Source: Glaucostegus cemiculus (lineage: Eukaryota). From it: DNA of 64,000 nucleotides. Position numbers and translations under genes: made by a program. The DNA lies in contig CDPCPM010000073.1 in assembly GCA_976551045.1 (NCBI GenBank), positions 28,086,001 to 28,150,000 of the forward strand. The letters run 5' to 3'. Positions 36,301-50,717 of the stretch are shown here, one piece after another; positions within the stretch are counted from its first letter, which is position 1, and the number at the start of each line of letters is the position of its first letter. The notes beneath the pieces are model-generated. The model saw only the letters and a list, made by a program, of their open reading frames with translations, was not told the origin of the DNA and did not search any database.

Positions 36301-37904
36301 CTGCTCCCTTCTCTGATTTATTTAATTGGCCCTGTTGGTAAGGCAGGCAACCTGAAATTGATTTGGTGTCAATTTCACCTCAAAATGAGGAAGCTGCTTC
36401 TGGAGGTAGCAGGTCCCAGGATATTATACCCTGCAGCCTACTTCCAGGTGAGCCTCGCCCTCTTCAGTTCGACTTGCAGTGTTTGCTGCCGCCAGGTACG
36501 GGCCCCAAGAACAACAGGAACCAATTATATCTCTATATCTTGATGGGCGCAAACAAAACAGAAAAACACTTTGAAATGAGGCCCAAAGCAAAATCACTTA
36601 AATCCTTCAAAAAGTACAAATAAAGAAACATTTTATAAGTAATGGAAGAAACATATGAATCAGTTTCCAGCACAGTACTTTGGTTTGTCAATAATTGACA
36701 TTGCTGAAATTGAGCATTTTCCCTCAAGTTTTATGACGTGTGCATCTGATTAGCTGTTCAAGAAATACAAAGTATTGCCATCTCTTCAATATAGACCTGG
36801 GGTCAGCAGAAATTGAGGATTAGTCTCCAGGAAACTGCTAAGTACAACCTCGGAGAATAATACTGCTGTTCTTTTAATTTTCTCTGCACACTGGCATTTA
36901 TTAGTTATAAGACTAATGGACATAAGAGTACTTGACTGTCAGCCAAGATTAGTGCAATTGTGCTATGAGAAGTCTGCTTTCTTTCCAATTGGTGTGGAAA
37001 GCAGTGGACTGTGTGGATGGTTAACTAATGATTGGAGAAGATGGGGGAGGTGGGCCAGTTGGAGGTGGAAGGTCATGTGATGAAAGCTTCAGGAGTACAT
37101 CCAATCAGTGTTGGCAATCCTAATGGTAAGGAAATTGCTCTGTAGATTTTGGTCAAAGTGAATTTCTTGGGCCATGTGAGAGCAATTATGTAGCACAGGC
37201 CAAGAGCAATGCAATGAGTGAGATGTATTCTATTTACTTTACAAGCAGCTTGTCCAGTTCTTTGAGTAGTAAATGAAGCCCATAAAAAGGCAATTGTCAG
37301 AGATGTGCTGCCAAGTTTGGAACATATTCTGAGTCCTGATGCCAACATCTGCCATTTTTCAGCTGTTCTTCCAGGCTCTGAATTAAAACTTTAATTGCAT
37401 TGCTGCAGCAATTCTATTAGTTTTCTCTGTCAATTTCTACCATTAGCTAAGAAGACTTCCAATTACCATGTCAATTCATGGAGATTTCCTTTGATTTTAA
37501 GTTATAAACACATCCATTGCAGACAATATGCTGGGGAATTGATAACCAGAATAAAAACATAAAAATATGCCTGTCAGTTACATACCATTGTGAATCCAGC
37601 ATGACTTGCTGTTTTTTTTTACATAAAGGCAAAATGACAATCGGTATTGCTGACTTTAGCTATAAATAATCTACAGTGCTGCCTGTGAAAACCAAAATAG
37701 GCTAGAAGTAATGGATCTTCCTCCCAGATTAAGGCACAAATTTAACAGAAGGAAAGGTGCAAACATTTGATTAATTAGACCAACAGCCCAAGTACCAACA
37801 TCACATGAATAGCTCTCAGCTGGTTGCTGCAGATAAGCCATTAGAGCACCAACTATGACAGGGAAAACTTGCCATTTAATGGCCCAGTACTAGCAGAGGA
37901 AGAA

Positions 37905-38160
37905 GGTAAGAAAGAGGGACTTTCTTTTCCATAGTTCCTTTTGTTACATCCTAATATCCTATGAAGTATTTTTGAAGGGTGGCCACTGTTATAATATAGG
38001 AAGCACAGAAGACCGTTTGTGCACAGCAAGCTCCCACAAACCGTAACAAGAAAATGTCCAAATAATCTATTTTCTTAACATTAGGTGGAGGATAAATATT
38101 GGCCAGAATGTTAAGATAACATTCTTGCCCATCTTCAACACAGCGACATGGGAACAATTG
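37905..38160 (-). mobile_element. Ancient Deu-type SINE relic (SacSINE1/AmnSINE1-like)
   Basis: Minus strand reads TTTGTGGGAGCTTGCTGTGCACAAA...CCTATATTATAACAGTGGCCACCCTTCAAAAATACTTCAT, matching the recalled Deu-SINE 3' part. Related pieces occur at ~21735-21810 and ~58670-58820. Confidence 0.55.
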
Positions 38161-41100
38161 ATGTGGTCTTGGACTAATATTTCATCCTGTAATATTAGTA
38201 CACCTAAAATGCTTTTGAGAATATACCTATATGCTAAGAGTAGTGGAAGTAGAGTGCAATCGCCAGGAATATCAGTGTTTGTTGATAAAACTAATATCTG
38301 CTATTAAAAATCTTTGTTCCTGGCACCTGAGCTGGCAGGACTAAAGGTTTCTCTCGGCAATTGTTCCCATTGATGATGATCACCTTCCATTAACTAAAGG
38401 GTAGAATGTAGGTCAAGAATCAGAATCAGAATGTAGGTCAAGAACATTACAATTACTACTCCACCCAACATATACAGTAACATTTTGGCTTCAGTTGTAC
38501 TGTAACAACTTTTTGTTGATCATAAGAAGAAAATGGGGTCAATTTTGACACCACCTACTTGGCAGAAATCTGGACAGTGGTCAGTAAAATGTGCCAGGTT
38601 ACATAACCCTGGAAGTGAGCAGATACTGCCAATTGCAATTTTGGCACAGAATTCTGAACAGGCAGTCAAGCCTCCCACCCACATCTGGTGCTGTCCTCAT
38701 GTGGAGAAGGGAGTCAGGTGACATCAAAAGGCTCCAACCACTGTCTTAATGCTGGCTTGAGCAGGTTGGCCATTGTAACAGTCAAGCAAGATGATTGTTG
38801 ATCACCAGAGGAGGCTACTTAAAGTAAGTTTTCCAAAAAAATACTTTTCTTGTGGAGCCTGGAAGAGTAAGATTGCTTCATCAAATCTCTTAAGTTTAGG
38901 CTTCAGCTAGATCCAGCAGGCCTCTCCTTCATGAACAACCCTCCTGGAAGCCTTCCCTGCACACCTACCTTTTTTTTTTAACCAACAGCCAGGCTGCTCT
39001 CTGTTTTGCTCAGGAAATGGGTTAGCTGCATGTTAATTAAAATTCCTTAGGGCTGTCCTTTGCCTCACTGAGTTTCTAACTTACACCTGTGTTCAGCCAA
39101 GCAAAACCCACTCTGAGTTTTAAAAAAAATGATGGATGATAAAGTTACAAGTGAGCTCTACACATTATGCCTCAATTTATTGTTACTGGCACTAACTGAT
39201 AAGGGAAAGGAAAAAAAAAAGTACAAAGTTTTTAAAGTAGGAGGAATGTTATTTTGTGGTTGAAATATTAATTGTCAGATGAGGCTTGCAATCTGCTCTG
39301 ACTTCCTGTTAATTGTAACAAAAGATGCACTATCCCTCTGATACTAGCCCTTTCATAGCAAAACTAATTTGAAAAGCAATATTTGTAACCTTACAAATGT
39401 ACTAAATCATGAAAGAGACAAGAGGCAAAAAAAGAATTACAGGAAAAACAAAACTGGCCGGATCTGGTATTTCTAAATCAATCCCTGATGGAGTCTAAGG
39501 ATGGTTTGCTTTGACTGGAATGGAGACACCTTGGCCAGACCAGCCATGGTCAAACATGGCTGGGTGCCATATGAATTAACTTTAACATTACATGTATTAC
39601 AGTGTTTGTAAACTGAATCAATTGTAAATGAATTTAAACAAGTTTTTGGCTTTTTTTTACAAAGTAAGTTTTTCGGCCAGTTTAGACCATGTGGCCCTAA
39701 ATATTTCCAAGAAGACACCCCTACTAACTCTCACCCTTTTCGCCACCATATCATTCCTTTTTTAAGGGGAAAAAATAGTCAATTATACTTTGTTGTCCAC
39801 TATAACTAAGATGAAGAACAGCAGAAACAAGCCCACTTCACCCATTCCATGAGACAAGAAGTTTGATAACAAACTATCTGGTGATTAATCAGCAAGATCT
39901 CCACTTACAAGAAAGACAGAACTATATCATCCATATGCAACGCATGTCAGTGTGACAAGTGGGCGGTTTGACCTGCCAAGCCACATCTTTTGGAATGAAA
40001 TAATATTTTAGTGGAAAAATAAAACCTGTAACTCTGTGTCATACATTCTGAAAATAAGCAGAACTCCTTGTTCATCTTTGGATTTCTAGTTTTTCTCACA
40101 TTTCTTTTTCCTATTAGTATCAGATATGCCAGTGCAGTGAAGTTATATACACAGGGAAATTACTTAAGCACTAAAATAAATAAGGAGTATAATCTCCATA
40201 TAACATTGGAAGGAAAGTAAACCCCTAACCAGAACAAGTAAAGTTTAATTTTGCACCTTTCTCACATTTGCTTGATTTCAATTTGTATTTTGACAAGAAT
40301 TCCTAATTTTCCAGTTTGGAAGTTTTAAGTAAATTTTTTTCTTTTAAAACGGGCTTGAGAATGACCCAGTACAGTTTGGGGAATTTAACTTGAAGGAGAA
40401 AAAAATAGCTGCAGTGAAAGGAGGTCGCAGTCTGCTTGGCTTTCTATTCTGTTTTTTCCTTATATGGTAAAGCTGCTGACTGGTTGCTTCCTTGTGATTG
40501 AACTCTTAGATTATGTTAGTAATGCAGTAGACACAACTGGTCAGTAGGAAAGCAAAATTACCGAGAAAGTAAAATGGCCATGGATGGTAAAAAAAAATAG
40601 AAGGCCAATAAATAAATATGAACTTTTTACCGTATAAATATGACAGTATTTCTATTATGTATCTAATATAAATATGACAGCAGGTTACTTAAGGCACATG
40701 ATTACTTTCTACTGTTAAAATTAAATACCCATCACTGAACAGTACTGGAAAAGTTTTTTGAAATAAATCCTGATTGTATATTGAAACAATTGTATATAGA
40801 GATATATCTTTTTAATCAATTCTGTGAAATATTTTCTTTTAGTCCTTGCTTTATGCAATTAAAATCTGTCAGTTCTCTTAAATAACCAGCTCTCTCAGCT
40901 CCAAAGGAAGGAGGCATGAATTTGAAATCAAAAATGAATTAAAGGCACAAACTTGTATTATAGCCTTCATTGATACACAGATACACTGCCTCATCCTACT
41001 CCTAGCACGAGGGAATAATGGACGCTAATCTTCCTTCCACCCCCATTCCTGCTCCCACCACACCCCCACTGTTATTATGTTGTCAGGGTAAACTGAATAT

Positions 41101-44100
41101 AAACCTGCCTCAAAGTGCTTTGAAGTCCTTCTTTCACACTATAAAGATAATGAACTGGTGAACTCTACCATACAGTCTTTTACCATGCAGATGTATAGAA
41201 GTTGTGCTGTATGATTCCTTACCTACCAAGCTTCCAGTCTGCTAGGAATCTGTAGGAGTAGTAATGTGCATGAGATCAGGGCGCCTCATGGGGCACAGAC
41301 CCCACTCCACAATAATCATTAAAAATGCGAAGGATATATGTGCATCTGTAAAATATAGTATATCTAATGCACCCCTCCTTAAAAACAATCAAATTTAAAT
41401 CCTTGAATACGCTTCCAAATCCAGGGGAAGGTTTCACCTGGGGGAAGAAAAGGAAAGAGGATGAATCAATATGCCTTGAGTGTGTATATATTAATTGATA
41501 CATATTTGAACCAAGGGTAAAGATAATATTTCTGAACTGAATGTTATAACCAGATTAATAGATACATTTATAACCTGATTAATAGGTACATTCAAGAGAA
41601 AAAAAAGGTGGTCATGTTTAGCCCTTAAGTGCCAAGAATTGTCCAGGTATCCAATTTCTGACTGCATCTCAGTCTATTCCAAAGTCTTTTCAGAATTGTC
41701 CATGTTACGTGGGTTAGTGGAACTAGCAGAAAGCAGTTCCCAGGATTAGACATCACCAGCTGAGACTTGCTTCTGAAGACCCCTCTTAACCAACGCAAAA
41801 GCAAACTCAAAGCCTTGTAATGATCTGCTTCTGCTTAAGCTGGCCATGCCATCTGTCAGCCACATATAAGTAAATGAAGGCCACAGAAGTGGTGTCCAGA
41901 TGTCCACTTCATGCTGTTTGACACAGTCACATGTCCTTGTACATCTGTGTATCTGTGTAACAGAGGATGATAAAGGAAAATCATGGTCTGCACCATAAGT
42001 TCCCAATCACACTTCATCATTGTTTCTGCTTTAAAATTCAATTACATACAGTACATAAATATGGCACTATGCAAATTAATTTCTAGTCCAGAGTTTTATC
42101 AGATATTTCACTTTAAGATAACACAAATGTCCCAACAATTTATCCCATTCAATACATATTGTACAGCAGTATATCATTATTCTGAGCTAAGTATTCATAA
42201 ATTTTATTTTTCAACCACAAGATATGGAGTAAGAGATGGCTGGGAATGATTGCTTTTGAAAGTTTCCACTGATGTCACAACCCTTAAGAATAAAAGTTTA
42301 GGTCATTCATCTCTAAAATAAATACCAAGAATTTTCTAAAATCCGATAGACTTTTAGTCTCTCCTTGAACATTATTATCTAGTCTACTGATCGCTGTTTC
42401 TAACTTTTCCTGCTCTGTTAAACAGTTAACTATGTCCATTACCTAATATATCAAGTTTTGTCAAGCAAATTCACATAAAGTTACAAGAAAACATCTGTCT
42501 TAAAATAAACTCTTTTGTTATGTCACAGTGTTTTATAAAGAAAACTTTGTGTTTTACCAGGATAATGGACTCTGTAAACTCAGAAATACCCCAACAGTAT
42601 GCTGCACTCAATATGTAACTTGCACAACAGAATATCACCATGTGGGCAGGGAGGCTCACAAAACATAAGTATAAATTTGAAAATTATAGTGGGTGTAATT
42701 GATTTTCTTTCCTGTTTACTCAGAAGATTTGTTTTGTTTGTGCCAGAAAATGTTACTCTGGTTATACTTCACTGGCATTAAGTTTTACGCTGTGTTGCTG
42801 AATGTACTAGTTACTCAGAATCAGGCCATATCTATTTAATTTTCTTTTCTTCCTATTAGATTTCTCCCTCGCACATTGCACTATTCCCCAACTGTGAGAA
42901 AACAAATGTTAGCTTAGTGGCTCAAAACCTCAGTAACCAGGTGTAATTAGACTTGTGTCTAATGGTGCTTCAGTTTTTTTATCCCCGACTCTACCTTCCA
43001 TTCATCCTGCAGGTAAGTCTACATTTTCACATGACTGCAAAATATGCTATGATGCAAGTCACATGTGCCTGTCCTATGCAACACAATTTTGTCACTTACA
43101 TGGTATGTCACCAAGTTACTCATTTCACAAGTTTCACTTGATCAGAAGGATATGATCTTCCAATATCACCTTGAAGTGTACAGGAATAACTGTCAGCCAC
43201 AGCTGAATAAGTATCCTTTGTGCCCATTTCATTTCCATTTAAGGTATAAATTGATTCTAAGTCACAGTAAATTACCAATGGGAAACACTCAGGACATAAA
43301 CAGAAAACAGGAGGAATGTTTAAGCATTTATTTCAGATCCCAGGAGACCACATAGGATAAGTTACCAAGCCATGACAAACTTAGTTTTTTTTTAAATGAA
43401 AGTTATTTTCCCAAAATGGATAGCTCATAGCAATATAAATTGCTGCAATTATAGAACTAACAGTTTTTGATCATGTTGTCCTTGATCAACAAAGCAGACA
43501 TATCCACTGTCAGCTGCGTGCGTTCCAGCAGTGTTTGGAAAGGAAATACTGCAAACTACTGATAGTTGTGGGAATTACTTTGACACTGCCTTTATACTTA
43601 GGAAGTCATTAACATTTTCATAAATACCAACAAAGTCGGGAGGTTGCTCATGACTGTTAGGTTGAGCGATTGTTAGAGCACGAAACCCAGGACCAATGCA
43701 ATTAGTAGGAGCAGCCATGGACTTCTCCAGTACCACTGGATGAAATAATGGGCACCTGCCTACATCACAAACCTGCACTCTCGGATTTTTGAGGGCAGCA
43801 TTAAAAAGTAAATCACACTTTGGAAATATTCTTTTCCAGCTGCTTCAGTCATAACTGCAGTTTTATTGGAATTTTATTTAATTCTATCAGAACATTGAGT
43901 AGGTTCCTTGACACTTCCCAAATTCTTGCTGGCCTGCATTCAGCCACAAAGGGCAGCATTGGCAAAGATGACCCCAATAATAATTAAGCATATTGGGCTC
44001 CATCACAGTCATCCCTGTCACACGCTTCCAAATGGCCATGTTGGGAATGTTGTTGGTTAAGAGCAAGGTACCCAAACACTGTTTTGTGGAGAGCAATAAA

Positions 44101-44629
44101 TTATGAAGGATCTAATGCCCATAACGTGGTTATAAACAGTTTCCTGTGTGACTTCTTTCATTCTTTTGTGTACTTTGAATCAAATTTCTTTAACAAAAAT
44201 AGGTCTCCTAAAACACTCCTGCAATAATTGTAAATGTGCTGATTGGAAATAGTGTGACAAATTTAACTTTGTTCTAGTTCTGCATTGCCTTACAAGTCAT
44301 TATCATATTCCATCTCTCAACTGTGTTTAGTCTCCTTGCATTATTGAGTATTTTACCAGGGACCAGATGATATTTGTCTCTACCACTGGCACAAATCAAA
44401 TCACAAATCGGCAGCTTCTTTGACATTGTGCACAAATTTTTATTCTATAAATCCTTCAATTCAAAATGATCAGGTGAGATGCAAAAATGAGCAACCGGTT
44501 CACAAGAACTCCTTTCACTCTAATGGCAAAGACCAGTAATTGACCTCAGCGTGCCTGTGAGTGATAGAATCTAGGATTTGGAGCTGGGTGTTGATGAGAA
44601 ATGGGGAGAACAAAGTGAGCTTTCAGAAG

Positions 44630-44790
44630 AATCAGAATCATATTTATTATCACTGACATATGACGTGAAATTTGTTGTTTTGCAGCAGCAGTACAGTGCA
44701 AGACGTAAAAATCTATCAATTACAAAAATATATAAATCATGCAAAACAGAAGGAATAAATGAGGTAGTGCTCATGGATTGTTCAGAAGTA
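44630..44790 (-). mobile_element. Short Rex1/Babar-type 3' end
   Basis: (AGAATC)n followed by TTTATTATCACTGACATATG..GTGAAATTTGTTGTTTTG. Confidence 0.5.
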
Positions 44791-47700
44791 TATTGTATAG
44801 CATTAGTGTGAATGGGTGCTTGATGGTCCAGATGGATTTGTTGGGCAAGACAACCTGTTTCTGCGCCACATAACTCTATGGCCAATTTCAGACCTTTGCT
44901 TCAGATAATTAATCAGCGGTTTTCAAAACCTTGAAACATATTAGACAAAGTCATTTATTAGGTAGATGTGGAAGATATTGCAAATTTCCTCTGAGGAACT
45001 CTATGCTTAAACCTGATTTTCTATCTTGTGCATGATACCTTTCAGCTTAGGAATATTAGGGGTGGAATTGATTGCATAACCATTCAGAAATAACCTTTAG
45101 GATTGCTTTATTATGAAACCACACCCAACTGTGAAGTATTATTACTTAATCTTAACAATTCCCATGTACAGTGTGTGCAGGGGCTAGTCGGCATTAGCAC
45201 AGCTGCCCCTAATAATAATGCAGCATATTGGGCTCCATCACAGTCATCCTGCCATGCCATGCCTGTGGTTGCATTACCCTTTGGGTCTGCATTGCCTCAG
45301 TTGCTCTGCAAGGCAGAGGGGACCGCGAGTAGTTGCAGGGTGGAAACCACTGCAAAATACTTTAATTATTTTTTTAAAATTGTTTTTAATGAAATAAAAA
45401 AGATTAAATGCACATAATGGCATGCCAACTGTTAACTAAATTAAAACATACATAATGAAAAAAATACTTGCCTAGGCTTTCAGACATCGGTTGGTAATCC
45501 TATTCAAATGAATGGGGCTGCGCTAATTGTGGCAGCTATTGTTGAGATACAAAGTGTATCCATGCATCTGACCTCCAACATGCTCCCAACTTCCTCCTTG
45601 TGTGCAGACACTGATACTTGGAACCTGCTGCTGTGAGTTCTGCAGCTGGCCAGTGGTTCTTTATGGAGCTACCGCAGTGCAGAATAGCCCAATAGGAATA
45701 CACAGACATGCTCAGATGTATGTAATGCATGTGTCTCCAAAAGAAGTCAATTTTCAACTCCTGTGCACTCCTCTGAGTCCATGAAGTTTTTATGATTGAG
45801 CCTTAACAGGACAGTGTCATTATGAAAACTATATGGAAAGCATTTTCTTCTTTTTCCTTGGCAGTCCCATGGGGTCAGCTACCACATGGGCTTGACAGAG
45901 CAAAGTCTTGATCCACTGATAAAGGGATCCTATACAAATGGAGCTCCCTGCTGCGTGAATATTAACACACACACATAAGTGGGTGCATAGGTAGATGTGG
46001 CATAGATGCCATTGCCCACTGTTTTTTCCTTGCTTCTTTCAACTTGGCATCACCCACTCTTGATCTGCCTCATCCCAGCTGGCAGGTGGAGCAGGAGAGC
46101 AAGCCCATGGAGGAAGGGCTGGCCAGGACACTAGTCCTGGACAATCGGAGGAGCCTGGGCCCGGGTCCTGGCTGTGGTTCAGTGTGATCATGCCCACTCC
46201 CTCAGGGTCAGCGTCTCCTTGGACTTGAGACTGGAGCAGAGAAATGGGGACTGGTGGCCATGCCCATTGCTGTCCTCTTGCTTCGCCCACTCTCCCCCTC
46301 ACCATTGATCCTCCCCATCTCTTAATCTCCTCTCCTTCAGTGCTTCCCCTCCCCATACCTCTGAATCTCCATTGAAGCAAGACATTGTTATTATTGTGCG
46401 AAGATGTTTCCTTGCAGATATGACCACTATATCAAAACTTCTACATGTTAAGGGAGGCAAATCTCAGTGACATCCAGTGTGCTGTTATTTTAATATTTGA
46501 ATCCAATGTTGTGATGATGAAATAGTTCACTGAGTCCTGTTCTTTCCATTCCCCCAAAACAAGGAAGGCTTAACAGACCCTTGGTGTGATGTTAGTGGCC
46601 CTTCAAAAGCCAGTGCTGATATTGGGAGAGCAATGGGCTATCAGCCTCCCAGCTGAGTTGCTTTGGTTTTGTATTTCCACCCAGTGTTGCTTTGGAAACA
46701 GAAACTTTGGATGAAATGATTTTTCTCTATCTTAAAAGTGTCTCGAAATAACATCAACCAGGTAAGAATGAGGCATGGTAGATCAGTCTGCCAACATCTT
46801 TGATGTTATTGAACAACACATTAGTGGCTTGGCAGCAATTATACAATCTGCTGAATGTTGTTCTTCAGATGAAAATATAAATCAGGGATGCAGCATCCTA
46901 ACTTCTAATGTATCTCTAAATGGTTAATGTTCTTTATCAACAAAATAAAACTTCATAACTTCTGCCTTTTGTGATCGCCTGTGAGTTTAACTTACTTATA
47001 GTACCTTAAATACGGGTTGGATTCATTCCATGGGCCTTTAGTGGCGTCATGAGTAAGTATCAAGACATCTTGTTCCTTAAGAGGAAAATTATGACCAGAA
47101 CTGACCCATCTTGCTGCATTATCCTGCCCACAAGGGATCTGGGTCTCTTAACCCAGCTTACTGTGATGATCAGTTTCATTGAGAGTTTCCAGATCTGCCA
47201 GAAACTCTAAAGAAAAAAGTTTGTGAAAGCTTTTTACTTGCCAGTACACTTCAAACTAAATCAGCCCGAACTTAAATAAAACATTTTCATAAAATGTAAC
47301 CAGGAGAAAAAATACACAGTGAGTTTTTGTTTGTGAATGTGGCAGCAAAATCATTTGTGAGCTAAAAGCCGGCAGGATTCAATGAATAATCTGTCTCATC
47401 AAGACAGTATGAGTGAGAACCAATCTGCTAGACTTTTAACTTCTATAAAGCAGAAACATGAATAGAGTAATTTTGCAATTTCTAAGAGACATGAATCAAT
47501 AAGTTTCTCACTCCCTCAGCCTAGCTATAATAATATTTTGCTCAGCGATACACTGCCTTCAGCTTTTGACCTTTTAAAGTTATCTTCAGGCAAACCAAGC
47601 CATTTAAAGTATGGAAACACAACTGTCCAGCGTTATTTAAACATTACAACAGTTATAAAACTCAAAGAATGCTGTTCACAAGGCTTACAAAACGGTTATC

Positions 47701-50700
47701 TTGGCTGAGTTCTTAAATATCCATATTTAAGCTGCTACTTTCTTATTTTGTTTTCATAAGTAATTGAAAGGCTTTAGGACATATAACACAGTATTAGGGG
47801 ACAGGAAGGTTGGCAAGCAATACAGTTAAGTACAGTAAGCTATGGAATAGAGAACAGAAAAAAAATCTAAATGCATAATAGTAGTAATAAATTTCATTTG
47901 TATAGCAGCTATGACATCACTAAACCTCCCAAGGTGTTTCACAGAAGTGACCGACACTGAGCCACATCAGTTACAAGGATAGGTCACTAAGATTTCAATC
48001 AAAGGGGTCAGTTTTAATGGGGGTTACCGGAATGAATTCCAAAGTCTTGGTTCCCAACAGCCCTCAATGCTGGAGCTATTAAATGAAGCCAAATCCAGAG
48101 GACTGCAGATATCACGAGGGCTGAAGGGGTACAAGGCCATGAAGGAGCTTGAAAGCAAAGGTAAAATTATAAAATCATGGAATTGGTAGACCAGGGAGCA
48201 CACTGCTGTGATAGTGCAGGGGAGTTATTGTGGGTTAGAATTTGAACAGCAGAATTTTAAAGGGCTTCATAATCTCGGAGGATTGAAATTGGGAGACCAG
48301 CATAGATCATTAATAAGGATATTATAAATGATTGATTGTTACTTTATGTGACCACAAACTGGATTCAGCTATTTTCACATAATATGCACTAATTCCTCTC
48401 AGAAATGCTTGAAAGGAATGTTGCATGCAAATTGAAATTATTATGTGTACATTTGATATGGAAAACATCAACTGTACAGGCATGATGTGCAATAGAAAGT
48501 GACCATGAAACGTTCAGCCTGATGCAACTTCACCCGGAAACCGTTGTGCTCAGTCTGCCTGCACTTCCAGGCAATGTTTTCCTTAGATGTCTTCACTTCA
48601 TAGCTCGCGCTTCCAAAGGATGCTACTTTTCTGTGAGGGTGAGAGAATAATACTGCAATTACTTCTGCTTTGGGTTTAATTGCAAATGCATTTATTAAAG
48701 AAGAGAATTAAAAAATAGCATTGCAAGTATATTTACTATATTTATCTCCATGTATTCCTGGTGCTTAAAGAATAATAGAACATCCTGTTTTTCATTGCTG
48801 CTTATTAATCTTTCCTTACAAATCCTGGAAATTCCCCAATTTATCTTATCTCTGAACATCCCAACGATCTCTTTGAAGATTCCACATCAATTTAGTGGCT
48901 TTGTTTCTGAAATTAAGAAGCAAAGAAAAGCAGTGATTCAAATTAATTCCCAAAGTTTCCAATCTGAACTCTACTGAAACAAATTGCGGCGGTGGAGGGA
49001 TTTTAGCTGCAAGCCTGTTTGAGCCTGTTAGAGGGGTATTCACGATCACCAGTCTGCCCCCTTGACCCCACGACAGCACCAGTTTAATAGCTGGTGGCTT
49101 CACTTCCTGTGTCCTACTTTCCATCAATGGGTTCCCTGTTTGCAGCAGGGACAAAGTGGCAGCTGGTCAGCTTTAGCCAGGGGAAAGCTGCTAAAGGTGC
49201 TCAGCCCAGAGTTAGCCCCCCTCCCCTAAACCCCCTTCCCAAGGAAAAGGGTTTTGGCAAGGTTTGGTGGGTTTGCAGGTGCCTCTTTGTGGAACCCATG
49301 GAAGAACTCCTGCTGAACCTAGAAGTATTTGGTTTAACGCTGTGGACCTTCATTTCCTCCATGAGAGGTGTTGCTGAAGTTGCCCCCACTGGTCAGTCAG
49401 TGATGAACATGCCATTATGGTCCTAATGTCACCATCAAACCCTAATTTGCATGTATCAAAGAGGCTCCCCCATGTCAAGTGGGACCTTCACAGGTGAGGA
49501 TGGACAAGGTTTATGGTTTGTTATTGATCATGCAGATAGCCTGTTTGCACTAGGCTGGATGGATAAAATCACCCTCCCTGTTTGTATCTGAGAAATCTGA
49601 CTTAGCTCAACCCTCAAGCAAAGTGCCCAAAGAGCAAACAGATATTAGCTACAACATTTATCAAGTTAATATGAATTGCGATTCTCATTTTAACTCCTGA
49701 AATATTGAAAAAGAATTAAAGAGAGATGAATCTTTCATTTCTTTTACCCATCTGTAGTAATTCAGTAGAGGACAGCTATATCACTTAACATGGTCACCAA
49801 TAGATGATCCATATGGCCTCCTGTCCATTTCAGATTTCTGTAATTTAGTGGCTGCTAAGCATATGTATCAGGGCTTGGATAGCATGGGCTAGGAATGCAA
49901 CATAACAGATATTGAAAGGATGTGCAAGATTTGTGCAATAAAATAAATGCACAGCAGTAACCTTGTCCTTTTGCTCAGCTACACAAGGTAATATTTGGTT
50001 CTGTTGTTTGTGGCAAATCACCAAAGTTACCAGTTTGTAGAGGCATGATGATTAAAGCTTGCAACACCTGGAGAAAAGGAACCAGCAATAGTGTCCATTA
50101 CTTTTTGAAAGTTGCATTTGGGATCCTATCGCTGTCATATGACTCCTATTTGCTTAACTTTGAAATCAGTGGAAGGTAAGTAAGATCGAACATAATGCTC
50201 AACCTTCACTCAGTCTAATATTGCCCATTTATACCCTCTCTGAAATTGAAAGTTACAAAGCACAATCACTTTTTGAGCTTATTTGTTAATTTTCATTGTC
50301 TGGTAATGATTAGATACTTTTCACATACATGTGCCCGGACAACTGAGCAAAAATATGCAGAAAATTAATTCATGCCAGCACAGTAGTTACTGTCTCAACT
50401 CTAAAATAAACAGAAGTGAAAACAAAGTTGACAGGCCCCCGGAGCAGTCTTCACGAATGTTCACTAAGTCTCACTGGACAAAAGTGCAGAGAATCAAATA
50501 TAAACCTGTATTTGCTGCTAGCGTTCTATGAAAACCCCTGAAAGGACTAGCACTACTGCTGATTATCAGAATGAACCATTACAGAATCACAGTAAGGGTA
50601 CGGAACGGAAGGAGGCCTTCAGAGCCTTGAGTCTGTACTGGCTTTGTGTAAGAGTGATCCAACTAATCCCTCTCCCCTACTCTCTCCCCACAGCCCTGCA

Positions 50701-50717
50701 AATACTTTCCCATATAC

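Noticed and set aside
38404-41592. Short local duplications (AGAATGTAGGTCAAGAA x2 at ~38404; TATAAATATGACAG x2 at ~40633; ~24-bp tandem at ~41545)
   Set aside because: Ordinary slippage or TSD-type duplications. There are only two copies each, with no repeat-spacer periodicity, so they are not CRISPR-like.
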